Shown here one piece after another: positions 47,791-58,764 of a stretch of DNA of 64,000 nt; position 1 is the first letter of the stretch; every line of letters starts with the position of its first letter. Origin of the DNA: an uncultured Christensenellaceae bacterium (GTDB lineage: Bacteria > Bacillota > Clostridia > Christensenellales > CAG-1252); the NCBI GenBank assembly GCA_964561145.1, contig CAZLNZ010000011.1:11230-75229 (forward strand). Reading direction: 5' to 3'. Both the position numbers and the translations under genes were made by a program. The notes beneath the pieces were generated by a model that saw only the letters and a list, made by a program, of their open reading frames with translations, was not told the DNA's origin and ran no database searches.

Positions 47791-49803
47791 CTAGATAATA
47801 CGGATATCTCTGTCGCTATCTACAATGCCTAATGCATAGGGATTGATTGCGATATGGATTTCCTCACCTACAGACAAGTCTTGACCTTCGGAAAGGAACA
47901 TATTAACCTTCTTTTCTCCGATGCTCAAAACTGCAAAACGCTCTGCACCGTAATCTAAAACGCTATCGACAACAGCCTTTAAGCCGTCATTTGCTTGTTC
48001 TACACCATAAGGCGTGAAGTCAACTGCAAGGTTAACGCTGAAAGCCTTTCTGCCTGCGGCTGTAATTAATTTCTCGCTAATAACACTCGTTGCTTGGAAG
48101 TTTGCATCTTCAATCGCTAAGATATAGTTGTAAGCCTTCTTCGAAGCTTTCTCGCTAAGGAGATGTGCGGATAAAATATTCTTTGCAGGGAGAGGATTGA
48201 CAATAACTTCACCGTATCTTGAGAAAGTCACTTTCTTTAGGTCGATGGATACTGTAGCACCCTGAGAATTGATTTCTTGCGGAGCAATAGCGAATATGTT
48301 TTCGCCGTTTCCTTCCAACTCGAGAAGAATGGTTTTGCCGATAAGTTCACTGTTTACAATATTTAATGAAATTCTTTCACCTATTGCCACACCGTTGTAA
48401 GGAGCGAACGAGGTCTTTGAGCACAAAGGCATACGCTTTGCTTCGAGCCTTGTATCATAGATGGGAGCATCGATTGTTTCAGGATAAACAATCGACTCGT
48501 TTTCTACGCCGTCAAAGAGGAATGCATCGGTAGGAATAGTCAAATCATATTCTCCGTTCTCAAGATTTAATGCCTTAGGAAGTGCAATGGATTTTCCGAG
48601 TATGCTTAATACGCCGTCACGGACTACGCCCTTGATTTCGTTGTTCTCGGGAATTCTGGGAAGGATTGTAACCTCGGTTTCTTTGTCGAAGAGATGAATT
48701 CTGCTTGCATCGAATGCAACCTTAATCTTATCTCCCTTGTAAACCTTGGTTCTAGGATCAACCTTGAGGGTCATTCTGGTCTTTGTTTCTGACAATGTTC
48801 CGTCGGCTTCGGGATCAAGCTCACAGAATACTATGGACTCGCTGCCCAAGTCTTCTACGATGCTTACATCGGTTTCCAAAACGCATTCGGGATTATCTGC
48901 AACAAAGCTTTCTTCGATATGGATATCCTCGGGACGAATACCCATGATGACGGGTGTCTCACCGTCAAAGTAGCTTGCCTTAGCCTTTGCAAAATGTTTA
49001 GCAGGAACAAGGATCTTACGATCGTTAGCAAAGGTGATTTCAACCTTATTGCCAACTCTATTGAGTGTTGCCTCAAAGAAATTCATTTGAGGTGTGCCGA
49101 TAAAGCCTGCAACGAAAAGGTTGCCGGGATAATTGTAAAGATTTTGAGGGGTATCGATTTGTTGAACAAAGCCGAGCTTCATAACAACGATTCTGGTACC
49201 CATTGTCATAGCCTCAACCTGGTCGTGGGTAACGTAAATAAAGGTTGTTTGGAGTTTGTCATGGAGTTTGCTTATCTCGGTACGCATTTGAGCTCTCAAC
49301 TTAGCATCCAAGTTTGAGAGAGGTTCGTCTAGCAAGAATACCTTAGGAGAACGGACGATAGCACGACCAAGAGATACACGTTGTCTTTGACCACCGGAAA
49401 GAGCACGAGGCTTTCTGTCGAGATATTGGGTTATATCGAGAATTCTTGCAGCTTCGTTTACCTTCTCTTCGATAACGTCTTTGGGAAGTTTTTTAAGCTT
49501 AAGAGCGAACTCCATATTCTCTCTAACCGTCATATGGGGGTAAAGTGCGTAGTTTTGGAAAACCATTGCGATATTTCTATCCTTTGGTTCTACGTCATTT
49601 ACGACTTCACCGTCAATCATCAATTCGCCTGCAGAAATCTCTTCAAGACCTGCGATCATTCTTAAGGTCGTAGATTTACCGCAGCCGGAAGGTCCGACGA
49701 AAACGATAAACTCTTTGTCCTCGATTTCCATATTGAAATCGTTTACTGCTTTAACGTTGCCGTCATATACTTTGTAAATGTGTTTTAAGCTTAAGCTAGC
49801 CAT
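47791..49803 (-). CDS. msmX: Sugar ABC transporter ATPase (MsmX/MalK family) with ~290-aa C-terminal extension
   Basis: GPSGCGKST, VFQNYALYPHM, LSGGQRQR, DEPLSNLD and FIGTPQMN. Confidence 0.9.
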   Translation of the reverse strand: MASLSLKHIYKVYDGNVKAVNDFNMEIEDKEFIVFVGPSGCGKSTTLRMIAGLEEISAGELMIDGEVVNDVEPKDRNIAMVFQNYALYPHMTVRENMEFALKLKKLPKDVIEEKVNEAARILDITQYLDRKPRALSGGQRQRVSLGRAIVRSPKVFLLDEPLSNLDAKLRAQMRTEISKLHDKLQTTFIYVTHDQVEAMTMGTRIVVMKLGFVQQIDTPQNLYNYPGNLFVAGFIGTPQMNFFEATLNRVGNKVEITFANDRKILVPAKHFAKAKASYFDGETPVIMGIRPEDIHIEESFVADNPECVLETDVSIVEDLGSESIVFCELDPEADGTLSETKTRMTLKVDPRTKVYKGDKIKVAFDASRIHLFDKETEVTILPRIPENNEIKGVVRDGVLSILGKSIALPKALNLENGEYDLTIPTDAFLFDGVENESIVYPETIDAPIYDTRLEAKRMPLCSKTSFAPYNGVAIGERISLNIVNSELIGKTILLELEGNGENIFAIAPQEINSQGATVSIDLKKVTFSRYGEVIVNPLPAKNILSAHLLSEKASKKAYNYILAIEDANFQATSVISEKLITAAGRKAFSVNLAVDFTPYGVEQANDGLKAVVDSVLDYGAERFAVLSIGEKKVNMFLSEGQDLSVGEEIHIAINPYALGIVDSDRDIRII

Positions 49804-49812
49804 AGCATCCTC

Positions 49813-52659
49813 CTATTTTTGTACTAAAATTACCGTTTCATATGCCGATAATGTGATAGAATTATTAACTGTTTTGGTGGAATCGAAATCGAATCCTTTA
49901 CCGTTTGCTATAATCGTCCAAGTGCCGCTCAATGTCATTTTTACATCATTACCTGTGGGATTGACCATCACTTGAACCTTTGAATACTCATCACTACTAA
50001 CCTCTCTTGTAAAGGTATAGTAAATGCAGCCACTATCGTTACAGTTGACTTCCGCCTGCTTCGAGCCTTTGCCTATGGATGTAAACCTCTTGGTTCTAAG
50101 CTCGATAAGGGATTTGTACCAGTTATATAAGCCGTTAAAATCCTCTTGTCTGTAGTAGTCGATGGCGTTAATCTTGTCCTGTGCGTTGTAGCTGTTGTGA
50201 TTTCCGTATTTAGTTCTTGCTAGCTCCTCACCTGCTAGTATAAACGAAGTTCCCTTCGATGTCAATACCAAAGTTGCCACAATTTCATTCTTTTTTTCTA
50301 CAACGCTGTTATATTCGCTATAAATAGTAGGGCTTTTATCACCTATAGTGGTATGAATGAGTTGATCCCAAAGGGTATAGTTGTCGTGAGCTGCGGCATA
50401 GGTTATAGAGTAGTCGGGATTCTCCGAGAGAACTCCTTCTCCGCTATAATTCAGCATTAAGCCGTTTACTCCCGCCATAACCTTATTAAGGGTGTTGGTA
50501 TCCGTAACACCTTGAGCATATCCGCTAGAGGGATTGTTGCTTCCTCTTATGCCGTCTCTCATTCTGTCGTTGAATATTTTAATTCCGTTGAGTTTGTTAA
50601 CGTTATCGGCATTTGCGCTAATTCCGTCTTGAAGTCCTAGTGAACCTGCAGACCAAGGCTCGCCGTATAAAAGTATGCCCTCACCGCCGGGAAGCTTGTT
50701 GACTGCCTCCCTGATTTGGTTCATTGTTTCAACGTCGTGAATAGCCATAAGGTCGAAACGGAATCCGTCAATGTGATATTCCTCTGCCCAGTAAACAACG
50801 GAGTCAATCATATACTTTCTAAACATCGCTCTTTCCGATGCGGTTTCGTTACTACAACCGGAGCCGTCGGAGAGGGTATATAAACCTAAGGAATTTGTAG
50901 CCCAAGCCTTTTTGCCGAAGGTACCTGTTTCCGAAAGAAGTGCTTGACGGTAATAGTATCCGGGGACTGTTTGTTCAAACCAGCTGTCAGAGGTGTAGGT
51001 ATGATTATATACTACGTCCATTATAACACCGATTCCTGCGTTATGGAGTGCTTGAACCATTTGTTTAAATTCATTTACTCTAACTTCGCCGTCCTCTGCG
51101 TTTGTAGCATAGCTACCTTCGGGAACATTATAGTTTTTAGGATCATATCCCCAGTTTTGCTTGGAGGTATAATCGGTATTGTTGTTGTATTCCTCGTCAA
51201 CCGTTGCGAAATCGTATACGGGATTCAAGTGAACGTAGGTAACGCCCAAATCTTTTAGATAACTAATACCGGTTTTAATTGTATCATCACCTTTGATATG
51301 GGTATTTTCCTCGGTAAAGGCTAAGTATTTGCCCTTATAGGTAATTCCGTTATCTGCTGCAATTGAGAAATCTCTGACGTGAATTTCCCAAATAACGGCG
51401 GTTTCGGAATTGTTTTCTCTGATAACCTTTGCCTTTTGTATATCCTCAGCCCAGCCTACGGGATCTGTAGAGTCAAGGTCGATTACCATGGCTCTGTTTC
51501 CGTTAACACCGACAGCCTTTGCGTAGACGTCAACAACTTCCTTTTGATCGCCTTCAACGTAATTGGTATAAGTGTAGTAAACGCCCGCAAGATCGCCTTC
51601 GACGGTTGCTTCCCAGACACCGTTTTTTGTCAAGGTCATATCGACAGCCGAGCGGTAAAGGGTTGTATCGAGTTCGTTTCCCGACTTATAGAAGTTAATC
51701 TTAACATTTGTGGAAACAGGAGCCCAGAGTCTAAAGGTTGTGCTATTCTTTGAGTAGATTGCTCCGAGTGCGGTATCGGTCGAGGGAACACATTCCTTGT
51801 TGAACTTGTCTGACAGATAGAGTCTTGTTTTCATGCAGCTGGTTCTAAATATGGATACATCTTCGATATAGATTTGATAATCTGCATTCCAGTCGAAGTC
51901 GTTTTCCATATTAAGACCGGTTATTTTACCCTCTAAGCCGTCTTTAGATACATACGATGCCTTTAGATTGTCTTTATAAAGGGTTCCCTCGCTATCATTA
52001 GCAAGATCGTCGATTTTATAAAGCTGAATTTTGGTGCTGGTGGTTATAGGCTTTGTAGATTGGAATAACAAAGTGTTAAAGTCATCGAATTTAGCCGATT
52101 GTATCTTTTCAAATGCCGATTTTGCGGAAGCAAGTGATGTATAATTATTCTTATCGCCTGCAATAATCCATACATGATACTCGTTATTAGAGTCAAAGGT
52201 TATGGACAGGTAACGGTCGGAGGACAAGTCTTTACCTTGGTTTCCGTACCAATAAGGAGTAAGATAACCGATATTGTCCGTGTACGATCTAACCATAATA
52301 AGACCGAGCTTTTTACCGGCTTTAACGGCAGCGGTTTCGGTAGCGTTTAATTCTATACGGAAAATTCTGCCGTAGTTTGTAGTGTTCTCGTCTATTTCAC
52401 GATAGAACTCCTCATCAAGCTCTTGATTTGACGAAGACGTACCGCTTTCTACTACTTTACCGGTATCGATCCAGTAATAGGAACCCCACCTGACGTCGTC
52501 TTGACCGTTCCAGTTACTGTAGGAATACTCGTTATCTCCGTTGTAGAAGTGAACGATTACCTTTCCGTTGTTATCGGCAGAACCCACAAAGCTTCCCAAG
52601 GGAAGCATTAGGGTTACCATAACTATAACGATTAATATTGCTAAAAGTTTTTTCTTCAT
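49813..52659 (-). CDS. pulA: Secreted type I pullulanase (GH13, with CBM48-like domain)
   Basis: FRLWAP, NWGYDP, DVVYNH, DGFRFDLM, YGEPW, AHDNYTL; signal peptide. Confidence 0.92.
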   Translation of the reverse strand: MKKKLLAILIVIVMVTLMLPLGSFVGSADNNGKVIVHFYNGDNEYSYSNWNGQDDVRWGSYYWIDTGKVVESGTSSSNQELDEEFYREIDENTTNYGRIFRIELNATETAAVKAGKKLGLIMVRSYTDNIGYLTPYWYGNQGKDLSSDRYLSITFDSNNEYHVWIIAGDKNNYTSLASAKSAFEKIQSAKFDDFNTLLFQSTKPITTSTKIQLYKIDDLANDSEGTLYKDNLKASYVSKDGLEGKITGLNMENDFDWNADYQIYIEDVSIFRTSCMKTRLYLSDKFNKECVPSTDTALGAIYSKNSTTFRLWAPVSTNVKINFYKSGNELDTTLYRSAVDMTLTKNGVWEATVEGDLAGVYYTYTNYVEGDQKEVVDVYAKAVGVNGNRAMVIDLDSTDPVGWAEDIQKAKVIRENNSETAVIWEIHVRDFSIAADNGITYKGKYLAFTEENTHIKGDDTIKTGISYLKDLGVTYVHLNPVYDFATVDEEYNNNTDYTSKQNWGYDPKNYNVPEGSYATNAEDGEVRVNEFKQMVQALHNAGIGVIMDVVYNHTYTSDSWFEQTVPGYYYRQALLSETGTFGKKAWATNSLGLYTLSDGSGCSNETASERAMFRKYMIDSVVYWAEEYHIDGFRFDLMAIHDVETMNQIREAVNKLPGGEGILLYGEPWSAGSLGLQDGISANADNVNKLNGIKIFNDRMRDGIRGSNNPSSGYAQGVTDTNTLNKVMAGVNGLMLNYSGEGVLSENPDYSITYAAAHDNYTLWDQLIHTTIGDKSPTIYSEYNSVVEKKNEIVATLVLTSKGTSFILAGEELARTKYGNHNSYNAQDKINAIDYYRQEDFNGLYNWYKSLIELRTKRFTSIGKGSKQAEVNCNDSGCIYYTFTREVSSDEYSKVQVMVNPTGNDVKMTLSGTWTIIANGKGFDFDSTKTVNNSITLSAYETVILVQK

Positions 52660-52668
52660 ATTTTCTCC

Positions 52669-53589
52669 TTAACCCTTTACGGCACCTCCGGTAATACCTT
52701 CAACAAAGTATCTCTGTAGGCATAAGAATAATATTGTAATCGGTAGAGCTATTAACACGGCTCCCGCCATAAACATATTGTATTGCTCCGTAATCCTTCC
52801 GCCGTCTAACATACTATACAAGCCAACGGCTACCGTCCACGATTGCTCTGCGTTTCCTAAAAGATAGCTTGCAAAAATAAAGTCACCCCAGGGACCCAAG
52901 AAACTCATTAAAGCGGTATAAACGATAATGGGCTTGGATAGCGGAAGTATTATTTTTACAAATATTTGTGCGTTAGTCGCACCGTCGATACGGGCTGCCT
53001 CGTCAAGAGATTTCGATACAGTGTCGAAGAAGCCCTTCGATACGTAGTAATTTAAACCTGCGGAGCCCGAATAAACCAGTATTAAAGCGAGCATAAGTCC
53101 TGCACGAGATGCGTGTTCACCTGCAAGATTTACCGACTTGAAGATATGGTATATTGCCGCCATTGACATAAATCCGGGGAACATACCCATTATCATTGCA
53201 ATGCTTTGGAGCTTTTTGCGGGATTTAAAGCGGAAACGGCTCATAACATAAGCCATTGCAATCGTAAAGAATGTTGACAGGAATAGACAAACGCAAGCGA
53301 TAATAAAGGTGTTTAGATACCATTTCCCATAATTGGTTTCGGCAAACAAAGCTTTATACCAGTGGAAGCTAAACGACTCGGGTATTATTGAAGCCGTACC
53401 ATAGGTTCCCTCCGGACCTGCAAAGGACTGGAATATTAACCAAATAAGGGGGAGAATCCAGATAATCGAGAGTACTGTAAGGATCGTATATGCGGCGGTT
53501 CTGCTAATATACTTCTTTCTCTTGATGCTTGCTTTCTTTGTTTTTACAGTGTTTTCAATAGGAGTATTTTTAACAATTTCGTTATTCAT
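52669..53589 (-). CDS. malG: Maltodextrin ABC permease (MalG/MalD type)
   Basis: KGFFDTVSKSLDEAARIDGA EAA loop, GAVKG terminus; TAATG coupling to malF. Confidence 0.9.
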   Translation of the reverse strand: MNNEIVKNTPIENTVKTKKASIKRKKYISRTAAYTILTVLSIIWILPLIWLIFQSFAGPEGTYGTASIIPESFSFHWYKALFAETNYGKWYLNTFIIACVCLFLSTFFTIAMAYVMSRFRFKSRKKLQSIAMIMGMFPGFMSMAAIYHIFKSVNLAGEHASRAGLMLALILVYSGSAGLNYYVSKGFFDTVSKSLDEAARIDGATNAQIFVKIILPLSKPIIVYTALMSFLGPWGDFIFASYLLGNAEQSWTVAVGLYSMLDGGRITEQYNMFMAGAVLIALPITILFLCLQRYFVEGITGGAVKG

Positions 53590-55082
53590 TATTGGAAATC
53601 CTCCTCGTTCTTTGATGCAGATGAGTTGCGATAGGTGATTAACGATACTATCGAACAAACTATAAAGGTCAATATACCTAAGCAGGAAGCAAGCTTATAG
53701 TTTTGTTGATCGGTTGTTACCGAATATAGCCAGGTTACCAGCAAGGAGGTAGAACCTGCAGATTCCTTATATACGCCGAAGGGACCGCCGCCTGTTAGTA
53801 GATAAATAACATTGAAGTTGTTTATGTTTCCTATAAATTGTGTGATAAGGTAGGGACCTGTTACGAACAATATGTAAGGAAGTGTTATTTTTCTAAAGGT
53901 TGTAATTTTATTTGCACCGTCAACCCTTGCAGACTCATAAAGGTCTTGAGGGATGTTCATCAAGATACCCGAGGTAATGAGCATACTATAGGGAATACCA
54001 ACCCAAAGGTTTATAACGATAACCAAAAATCTTGCCCAGTGCGTATTTGCGAACAAATCTACATTCTTGCCCAAGATCGCCATTATAGGACCGTAAGGTC
54101 CGAAAAGGGTACGCATTAACAGCAACGATACGAATTGAGGAATGGCTATTGTCAATACAAAGAAGGTACGCCATATCTTTTGACCTTTGATATCCTTTTT
54201 ATTGATAAGAAGAGCCAATGCGACACCCAAGAAATAGTTAAGAAAGGTTGCACATAATGCCCAGACCAATGTCCAGCCGAGTACGGGGAAGAAGGTCGAT
54301 GCAAGACCTGTTGTCCCTAACAATTCTCCGAAGTTTTTAAAGCCTACCCAGTCGAATCCTACGGTTGCGGAATGCTCTCTGTCGAAACTTGTGAATGCGA
54401 TGAAAATCATAAATATCAAGGGAAGAACCGTAAATATGATTACACCGATTAACGATACCGACAAAAGAACAATGTAGAATTTGTTGTCAAAAAGCTGTTT
54501 CAAGTCCTCTTTGAAACTCTGCGGTTTTTTGCCGACAACGGAATCCTCGTAGGTTTCATAGGCACTTCTTATATTCATTAAGTAAACTACGATAAATGCG
54601 GCAATTACTATTATTGCAACGACACCGTATAATAGGCACAGCATAGAGTCTTGCCCACCTATCGTAAGTCTGTTTCCTGTTTCTATATCGGTTAAGCCGT
54701 AGCCGAACTCTGTGCCTAACGTAAAGAAATCTTTAATTGCGCCGGCACCGTTAAAACACATATAGAAAATGAACAGAAGCTCTATTCCGAGATATATCAA
54801 GCCTTTTCCTATTTGTTTGTGAGCAAAAGATCCACTCCCCATAAATATATAGGACAGCTTGACGCCGATATCTCCTTTCTTGAAATAATTATAGTACCTA
54901 ATAAACCAATCTTTAATGCTCGTTCCTATTTTAATACCGAGTTTTTTTAGATTGGCGGGAAGGTTCTTGAAGAAGTCTACGGTCTTATCCTTAAGCCTTA
55001 TAAAGAAGGCTTTGATTATGTTCCATAGCTTAACAAAGAATTCCTTTGCTCCCGATTGAATATTTGCAAAAAATTCTTTCAT
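53589..55082 (-). CDS. malF: Maltodextrin ABC permease (MalF/MalC type)
   Basis: IPQDLYESARVDGA and NINNFNVIYLLTGGGP. Confidence 0.9.
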   Translation of the reverse strand: MKEFFANIQSGAKEFFVKLWNIIKAFFIRLKDKTVDFFKNLPANLKKLGIKIGTSIKDWFIRYYNYFKKGDIGVKLSYIFMGSGSFAHKQIGKGLIYLGIELLFIFYMCFNGAGAIKDFFTLGTEFGYGLTDIETGNRLTIGGQDSMLCLLYGVVAIIVIAAFIVVYLMNIRSAYETYEDSVVGKKPQSFKEDLKQLFDNKFYIVLLSVSLIGVIIFTVLPLIFMIFIAFTSFDREHSATVGFDWVGFKNFGELLGTTGLASTFFPVLGWTLVWALCATFLNYFLGVALALLINKKDIKGQKIWRTFFVLTIAIPQFVSLLLMRTLFGPYGPIMAILGKNVDLFANTHWARFLVIVINLWVGIPYSMLITSGILMNIPQDLYESARVDGANKITTFRKITLPYILFVTGPYLITQFIGNINNFNVIYLLTGGGPFGVYKESAGSTSLLVTWLYSVTTDQQNYKLASCLGILTFIVCSIVSLITYRNSSASKNEEDFQ

Positions 55083-55099
55083 ACTGTCCTCTCAAAAGA

Positions 55100-56431
55100 T
55101 TATTTCTCTTTAATGGTATTTTCTATAGACTTAAGCTCGCTATTCCAAGAGCTTTCTCCCTTTGTAAGCTTAAATACGCCGTATAGGAAGTTTGCCATAG
55201 GCGTCCAGTAAGCACTCATTTGAGAGATACCGGGCTTAAGGTTTGAATATTCGCTTTGGTTAACTACAACCTGTACGGTAGAAATTCCGCTGTCTACAGC
55301 GACCTCGAAAAGTTCCTCGCTGGTAGGACAGAATTCTCTTTCGGCAAGTCTTGTCTGTTGATTGTCGTCATTTGCAAGGAATGCTGCAAGTCTGCAAGAC
55401 TCGGCTGTTGTTTTTGCATTACGAACAGATGTGGGCTTGTTGGAGATTCCGTACATTTTCACACCCGAGAAACTCATTAATTGTGTGTCTTTTCCGTCGA
55501 GTTTGATGGTAGGAAGCATTGCAACACCGAAGTTCGATCCCAACGCATCCTTGAATTGTGTAATCATGTGTGGACCTGAAATCATTGCTGCAACCTTGTT
55601 GGTTTTTAAAGCTGCAACCTGGTCTGCTTTAACTATACTGGAAAGCTTTTTCTGAGAACCTAAGCTTGCGATGTATTTACAAGCTTTAACGGCATTGTCG
55701 TTTGCCAGATTAACATTTGTAGGATCATTCCCTTGCGGTCCGAAGATTTCAACCCCTGCAGTGTACAAGAACATGGTGGTATAGTAACTGTCCGACATAT
55801 CTATACCGAGGTTTCCGTCAACACCGTTGATTGATTTGGAAAGTAAGGTTTCCAGGCTTCTTACATCTTGCTCGCTAACTAAAGATTTATTATAGTAAAG
55901 GAAGCAGTTCTCATAGGAATAGGGAATTGCATAATAATCGCTTCCGCTCTTGCATGCGGTTATAGCAACGCTGATCTGCTCCTCGATTTGGCTTTTATAG
56001 GTATTGGGTATTTTATAAAGAGCGTTTTGATTTAAGAGCAATCCAAGTTGGTCGTTAGCAAAAGAGAATACGTCCGCAGCAGCATCGATGTCACGGGTTA
56101 CGCTAGTACTTACAACGTCCTCGCCGACGCATTCTACTGTGAAATTGTACTTATTAACGGAGTGGATAACCTTATATTCCTCAAGCATTTCCCATATCAT
56201 ATCCTCATCTTCGGAGGCACACCAAACCTTAAGGTTATAGGTTGAGCCATCGTCGGTATCGATGCCTTGATTGTTGCCCGAGTTATTTGAACCGCCTTGG
56301 TTATTGTTGCCGCCTTGATTGCCGCCGGCAGAGGAGTCAACATAAACATATACGACCTCTCTATCGCAAGCTACCAAGAAGGTAGCTGCGACAAGTATTA
56401 CTACTAATAAACAAATTAAAACTTTTTTCAT
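55100..56431 (-). CDS. malE: Maltodextrin-binding lipoprotein
   Basis: Lipobox VAC, ADVFSFANDQL, LYYNKS, GVAMLPT and MSAYW. AGGAG before ATG 56431. Confidence 0.85.
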   Translation of the reverse strand: MKKVLICLLVVILVAATFLVACDREVVYVYVDSSAGGNQGGNNNQGGSNNSGNNQGIDTDDGSTYNLKVWCASEDEDMIWEMLEEYKVIHSVNKYNFTVECVGEDVVSTSVTRDIDAAADVFSFANDQLGLLLNQNALYKIPNTYKSQIEEQISVAITACKSGSDYYAIPYSYENCFLYYNKSLVSEQDVRSLETLLSKSINGVDGNLGIDMSDSYYTTMFLYTAGVEIFGPQGNDPTNVNLANDNAVKACKYIASLGSQKKLSSIVKADQVAALKTNKVAAMISGPHMITQFKDALGSNFGVAMLPTIKLDGKDTQLMSFSGVKMYGISNKPTSVRNAKTTAESCRLAAFLANDDNQQTRLAEREFCPTSEELFEVAVDSGISTVQVVVNQSEYSNLKPGISQMSAYWTPMANFLYGVFKLTKGESSWNSELKSIENTIKEK

Positions 56432-56460
56432 ATTCTTTTCTCCTAAATATCCTTTACCTT

Positions 56461-58764
56461 TTAAAAGGAGCTTTGCCATTTACCCGTGGCGTAGTTATAG
56501 TAAAGCGTTGTACCGCTTGGCATATCAATATCCAGAGTTTTAGTTGCGTCACTGCCGACATTGAATATTATCATATTGTAACTGAGATCAACCTTTATCA
56601 TATACCAACCATCGTGTCCGTCTACCTTTTCCATGACCTCTCCGGGCCAGTTCGTGTTCGAACCGCCCTTTGGCCAAGTATAAGCGTATACTTTTGCCCA
56701 GTTTGCGGAGTTGTAGAAGTAAACAGTGATATAGTCGGGACCGCTGTATACGTTGAAATCGTCGGTCCATTCGTAGCCGTTAAAGTAGGGTTTTTCGTTG
56801 TCTATAACAAGGTTTGCGGTTTTATTGTTGCTGTTATTGACGCTATCGTTGAATATTACCATATCGTAGTCACCCGATACCGTAACGGAATACCAACCGT
56901 CGTGTCCGTCCACCTTTGCCATCTTTACGCCGGGGAAAGCTTGGTTATAAAGTTTTCCGTCGTATTTTGCCCAAGCATAAGCGGATACGCTACTCCAATT
57001 CTTATAATTGTAGAAGTAAACTGTCCTATCTTCGTAAACGGGACGATCAAATGTGTTAAAGCCGTCAGTCCATTCGTAGCCATTAAAGTATGGCTTTTCG
57101 CTGTCTATAATAAGGTCATCGGTTTGCTTATCGCTCGAGCCGTTGTTGAATATGATATTGCTGAAGGAACCCGAGACGGTGAGGGAATACCAACCGTCAT
57201 GTCCGTCCACCTTTGTCATCTTTACACCGGGCCAAGCGGCGTTGTTTACAGCATCTGAAATCCAAGAATAAGCGGATACGCTACTCCAGTTTCCGTAGTT
57301 ATAGAAATACACGACTCTATTGTCATAGACAGGTGCTTCGGGCATTGTAACCCATACCGAGTGACCACCGTCATCATATATCTTTGCATATACGGTATAT
57401 TCGCCGTCATAGGGAGCAACGCCGTTAAAGCCGCAATCTGCTTCGTAATTGATATATTCTAAGCCATCGGTATTCTTAATAACAATGTAGTCGTTTGCGG
57501 ATAATGTAAAGCTTCCGTAATATTCTGAAGTGACATTTGAAGCTTCGGGGGTTTTATTCTCTTTCAAACCGATAACTTGACTTCCGTTTATCGTAACGGT
57601 TACAAAGGAACTCGGCGTAATATCGATAGGATATTCCGTCAACCACTTTCCGTCTTTGTAGTAAGGAGATGCTTTATCGAAGGCTATCTTATCTGTCTTT
57701 GTACCGTTATCCAACACAATAGCGGTGGTAAGCTCGTTAATATTTGCCTTGAACCAGTTTTCTTTGCCACTCACCTTAGAGAAGCTTATACCCTCCTCTA
57801 ATAGGTTGTCACCCTGATAAATGTCTAAAGACAGCTCCTCGCAGTTTTCCATATATACGAACACCGGTGTAGTCTTTACGACAACCTTCGTCCATTTTGC
57901 ATATATGGTGGTAGGAGCGGTTACGTTAAATTTACTGTTCTTCGAGGTAAATCCTGCCTCGATAAGGCAATAAGAGTCAAAGTACCATCCGTCGAAGGTA
58001 TATCCTACTCTTGTAGGATCCTCGGGACGAGAAACAGATCTTCCTTTTTCGGCTTCGAGAGTGAATGCTTTGGAGCCTTCATAATTGAGGTCGAAGGTAA
58101 CTGTCCAAGCGCTATCAACAGGATAATCAGCCGATTCGTCAACAGTGACCTCAACGGAATTGGTAGGATCGCTATCCTCATACCCCTCTTTTCTTGCAAT
58201 TACGTACAAACTATAGGTTCCGGATGGGAAGTTATCGAGGCTTGCCTTTATTGCAACTGCTGCTTGAGAGTATTTTAATTCTATTTCCTTTGTTTCACCG
58301 TTCAAATTCAGTACTGCAATGTAAGTTACACCCTCGTCAACAGACTCTCTCCATTGTAGGGTGTTATTCTCGGAAACATATTTTAATTTTGTTGGAGCGT
58401 CTACTTTTCTTGAATAACCGAAATCCAATCTTGAACGGTCAGATTTTATATCGGGTTCGCCATAATCGTCTAGTGTAATGGCTCTCACCCATAGATAATT
58501 TACTTGACCGCTTTTTAAGCTTGATTGTATATTTTCATTACCCATATCGAGGTAGTTATACCAAGTAAAGAAACGAGAGGTCTCTTCATCGTTAAAGTAG
58601 ACCAAATATCCGTCCGCACCCTCTACCTTTGACCAGCGGAAAACTCCGTTGTCGATGCATAGATCTCTTGGGGAGGATAGCTCTTGCGTACAACCCGAGA
58701 AAATAATTCCCAGTGTTAAGATTATCAAGAGTATGCTTAGAAAAAATAATGTCTTTCTTTTCAT
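56461..58764 (-). CDS. Starch-binding lipoprotein (FnIII-like, InlB B-repeat, SusE/F-like, 3 CBM26-like)
   Basis: Lipobox SGC, DPTRVGYTFDGWY, and three VYFYN..NW..V.AY.W...PG..M.KVDGHDGWY units; two units are a DNA duplication with ~300-bp period. Confidence 0.8.
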   Translation of the reverse strand: MKRKTLFFLSILLIILTLGIIFSGCTQELSSPRDLCIDNGVFRWSKVEGADGYLVYFNDEETSRFFTWYNYLDMGNENIQSSLKSGQVNYLWVRAITLDDYGEPDIKSDRSRLDFGYSRKVDAPTKLKYVSENNTLQWRESVDEGVTYIAVLNLNGETKEIELKYSQAAVAIKASLDNFPSGTYSLYVIARKEGYEDSDPTNSVEVTVDESADYPVDSAWTVTFDLNYEGSKAFTLEAEKGRSVSRPEDPTRVGYTFDGWYFDSYCLIEAGFTSKNSKFNVTAPTTIYAKWTKVVVKTTPVFVYMENCEELSLDIYQGDNLLEEGISFSKVSGKENWFKANINELTTAIVLDNGTKTDKIAFDKASPYYKDGKWLTEYPIDITPSSFVTVTINGSQVIGLKENKTPEASNVTSEYYGSFTLSANDYIVIKNTDGLEYINYEADCGFNGVAPYDGEYTVYAKIYDDGGHSVWVTMPEAPVYDNRVVYFYNYGNWSSVSAYSWISDAVNNAAWPGVKMTKVDGHDGWYSLTVSGSFSNIIFNNGSSDKQTDDLIIDSEKPYFNGYEWTDGFNTFDRPVYEDRTVYFYNYKNWSSVSAYAWAKYDGKLYNQAFPGVKMAKVDGHDGWYSVTVSGDYDMVIFNDSVNNSNNKTANLVIDNEKPYFNGYEWTDDFNVYSGPDYITVYFYNSANWAKVYAYTWPKGGSNTNWPGEVMEKVDGHDGWYMIKVDLSYNMIIFNVGSDATKTLDIDMPSGTTLYYNYATGKWQSSF

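Noticed and set aside
56473-57258. 261-aa + strand ORF and other antisense ORFs within long genes
   Set aside because: Shadow ORFs opposite well-supported CDSs; their repeats mirror the CBM duplication.
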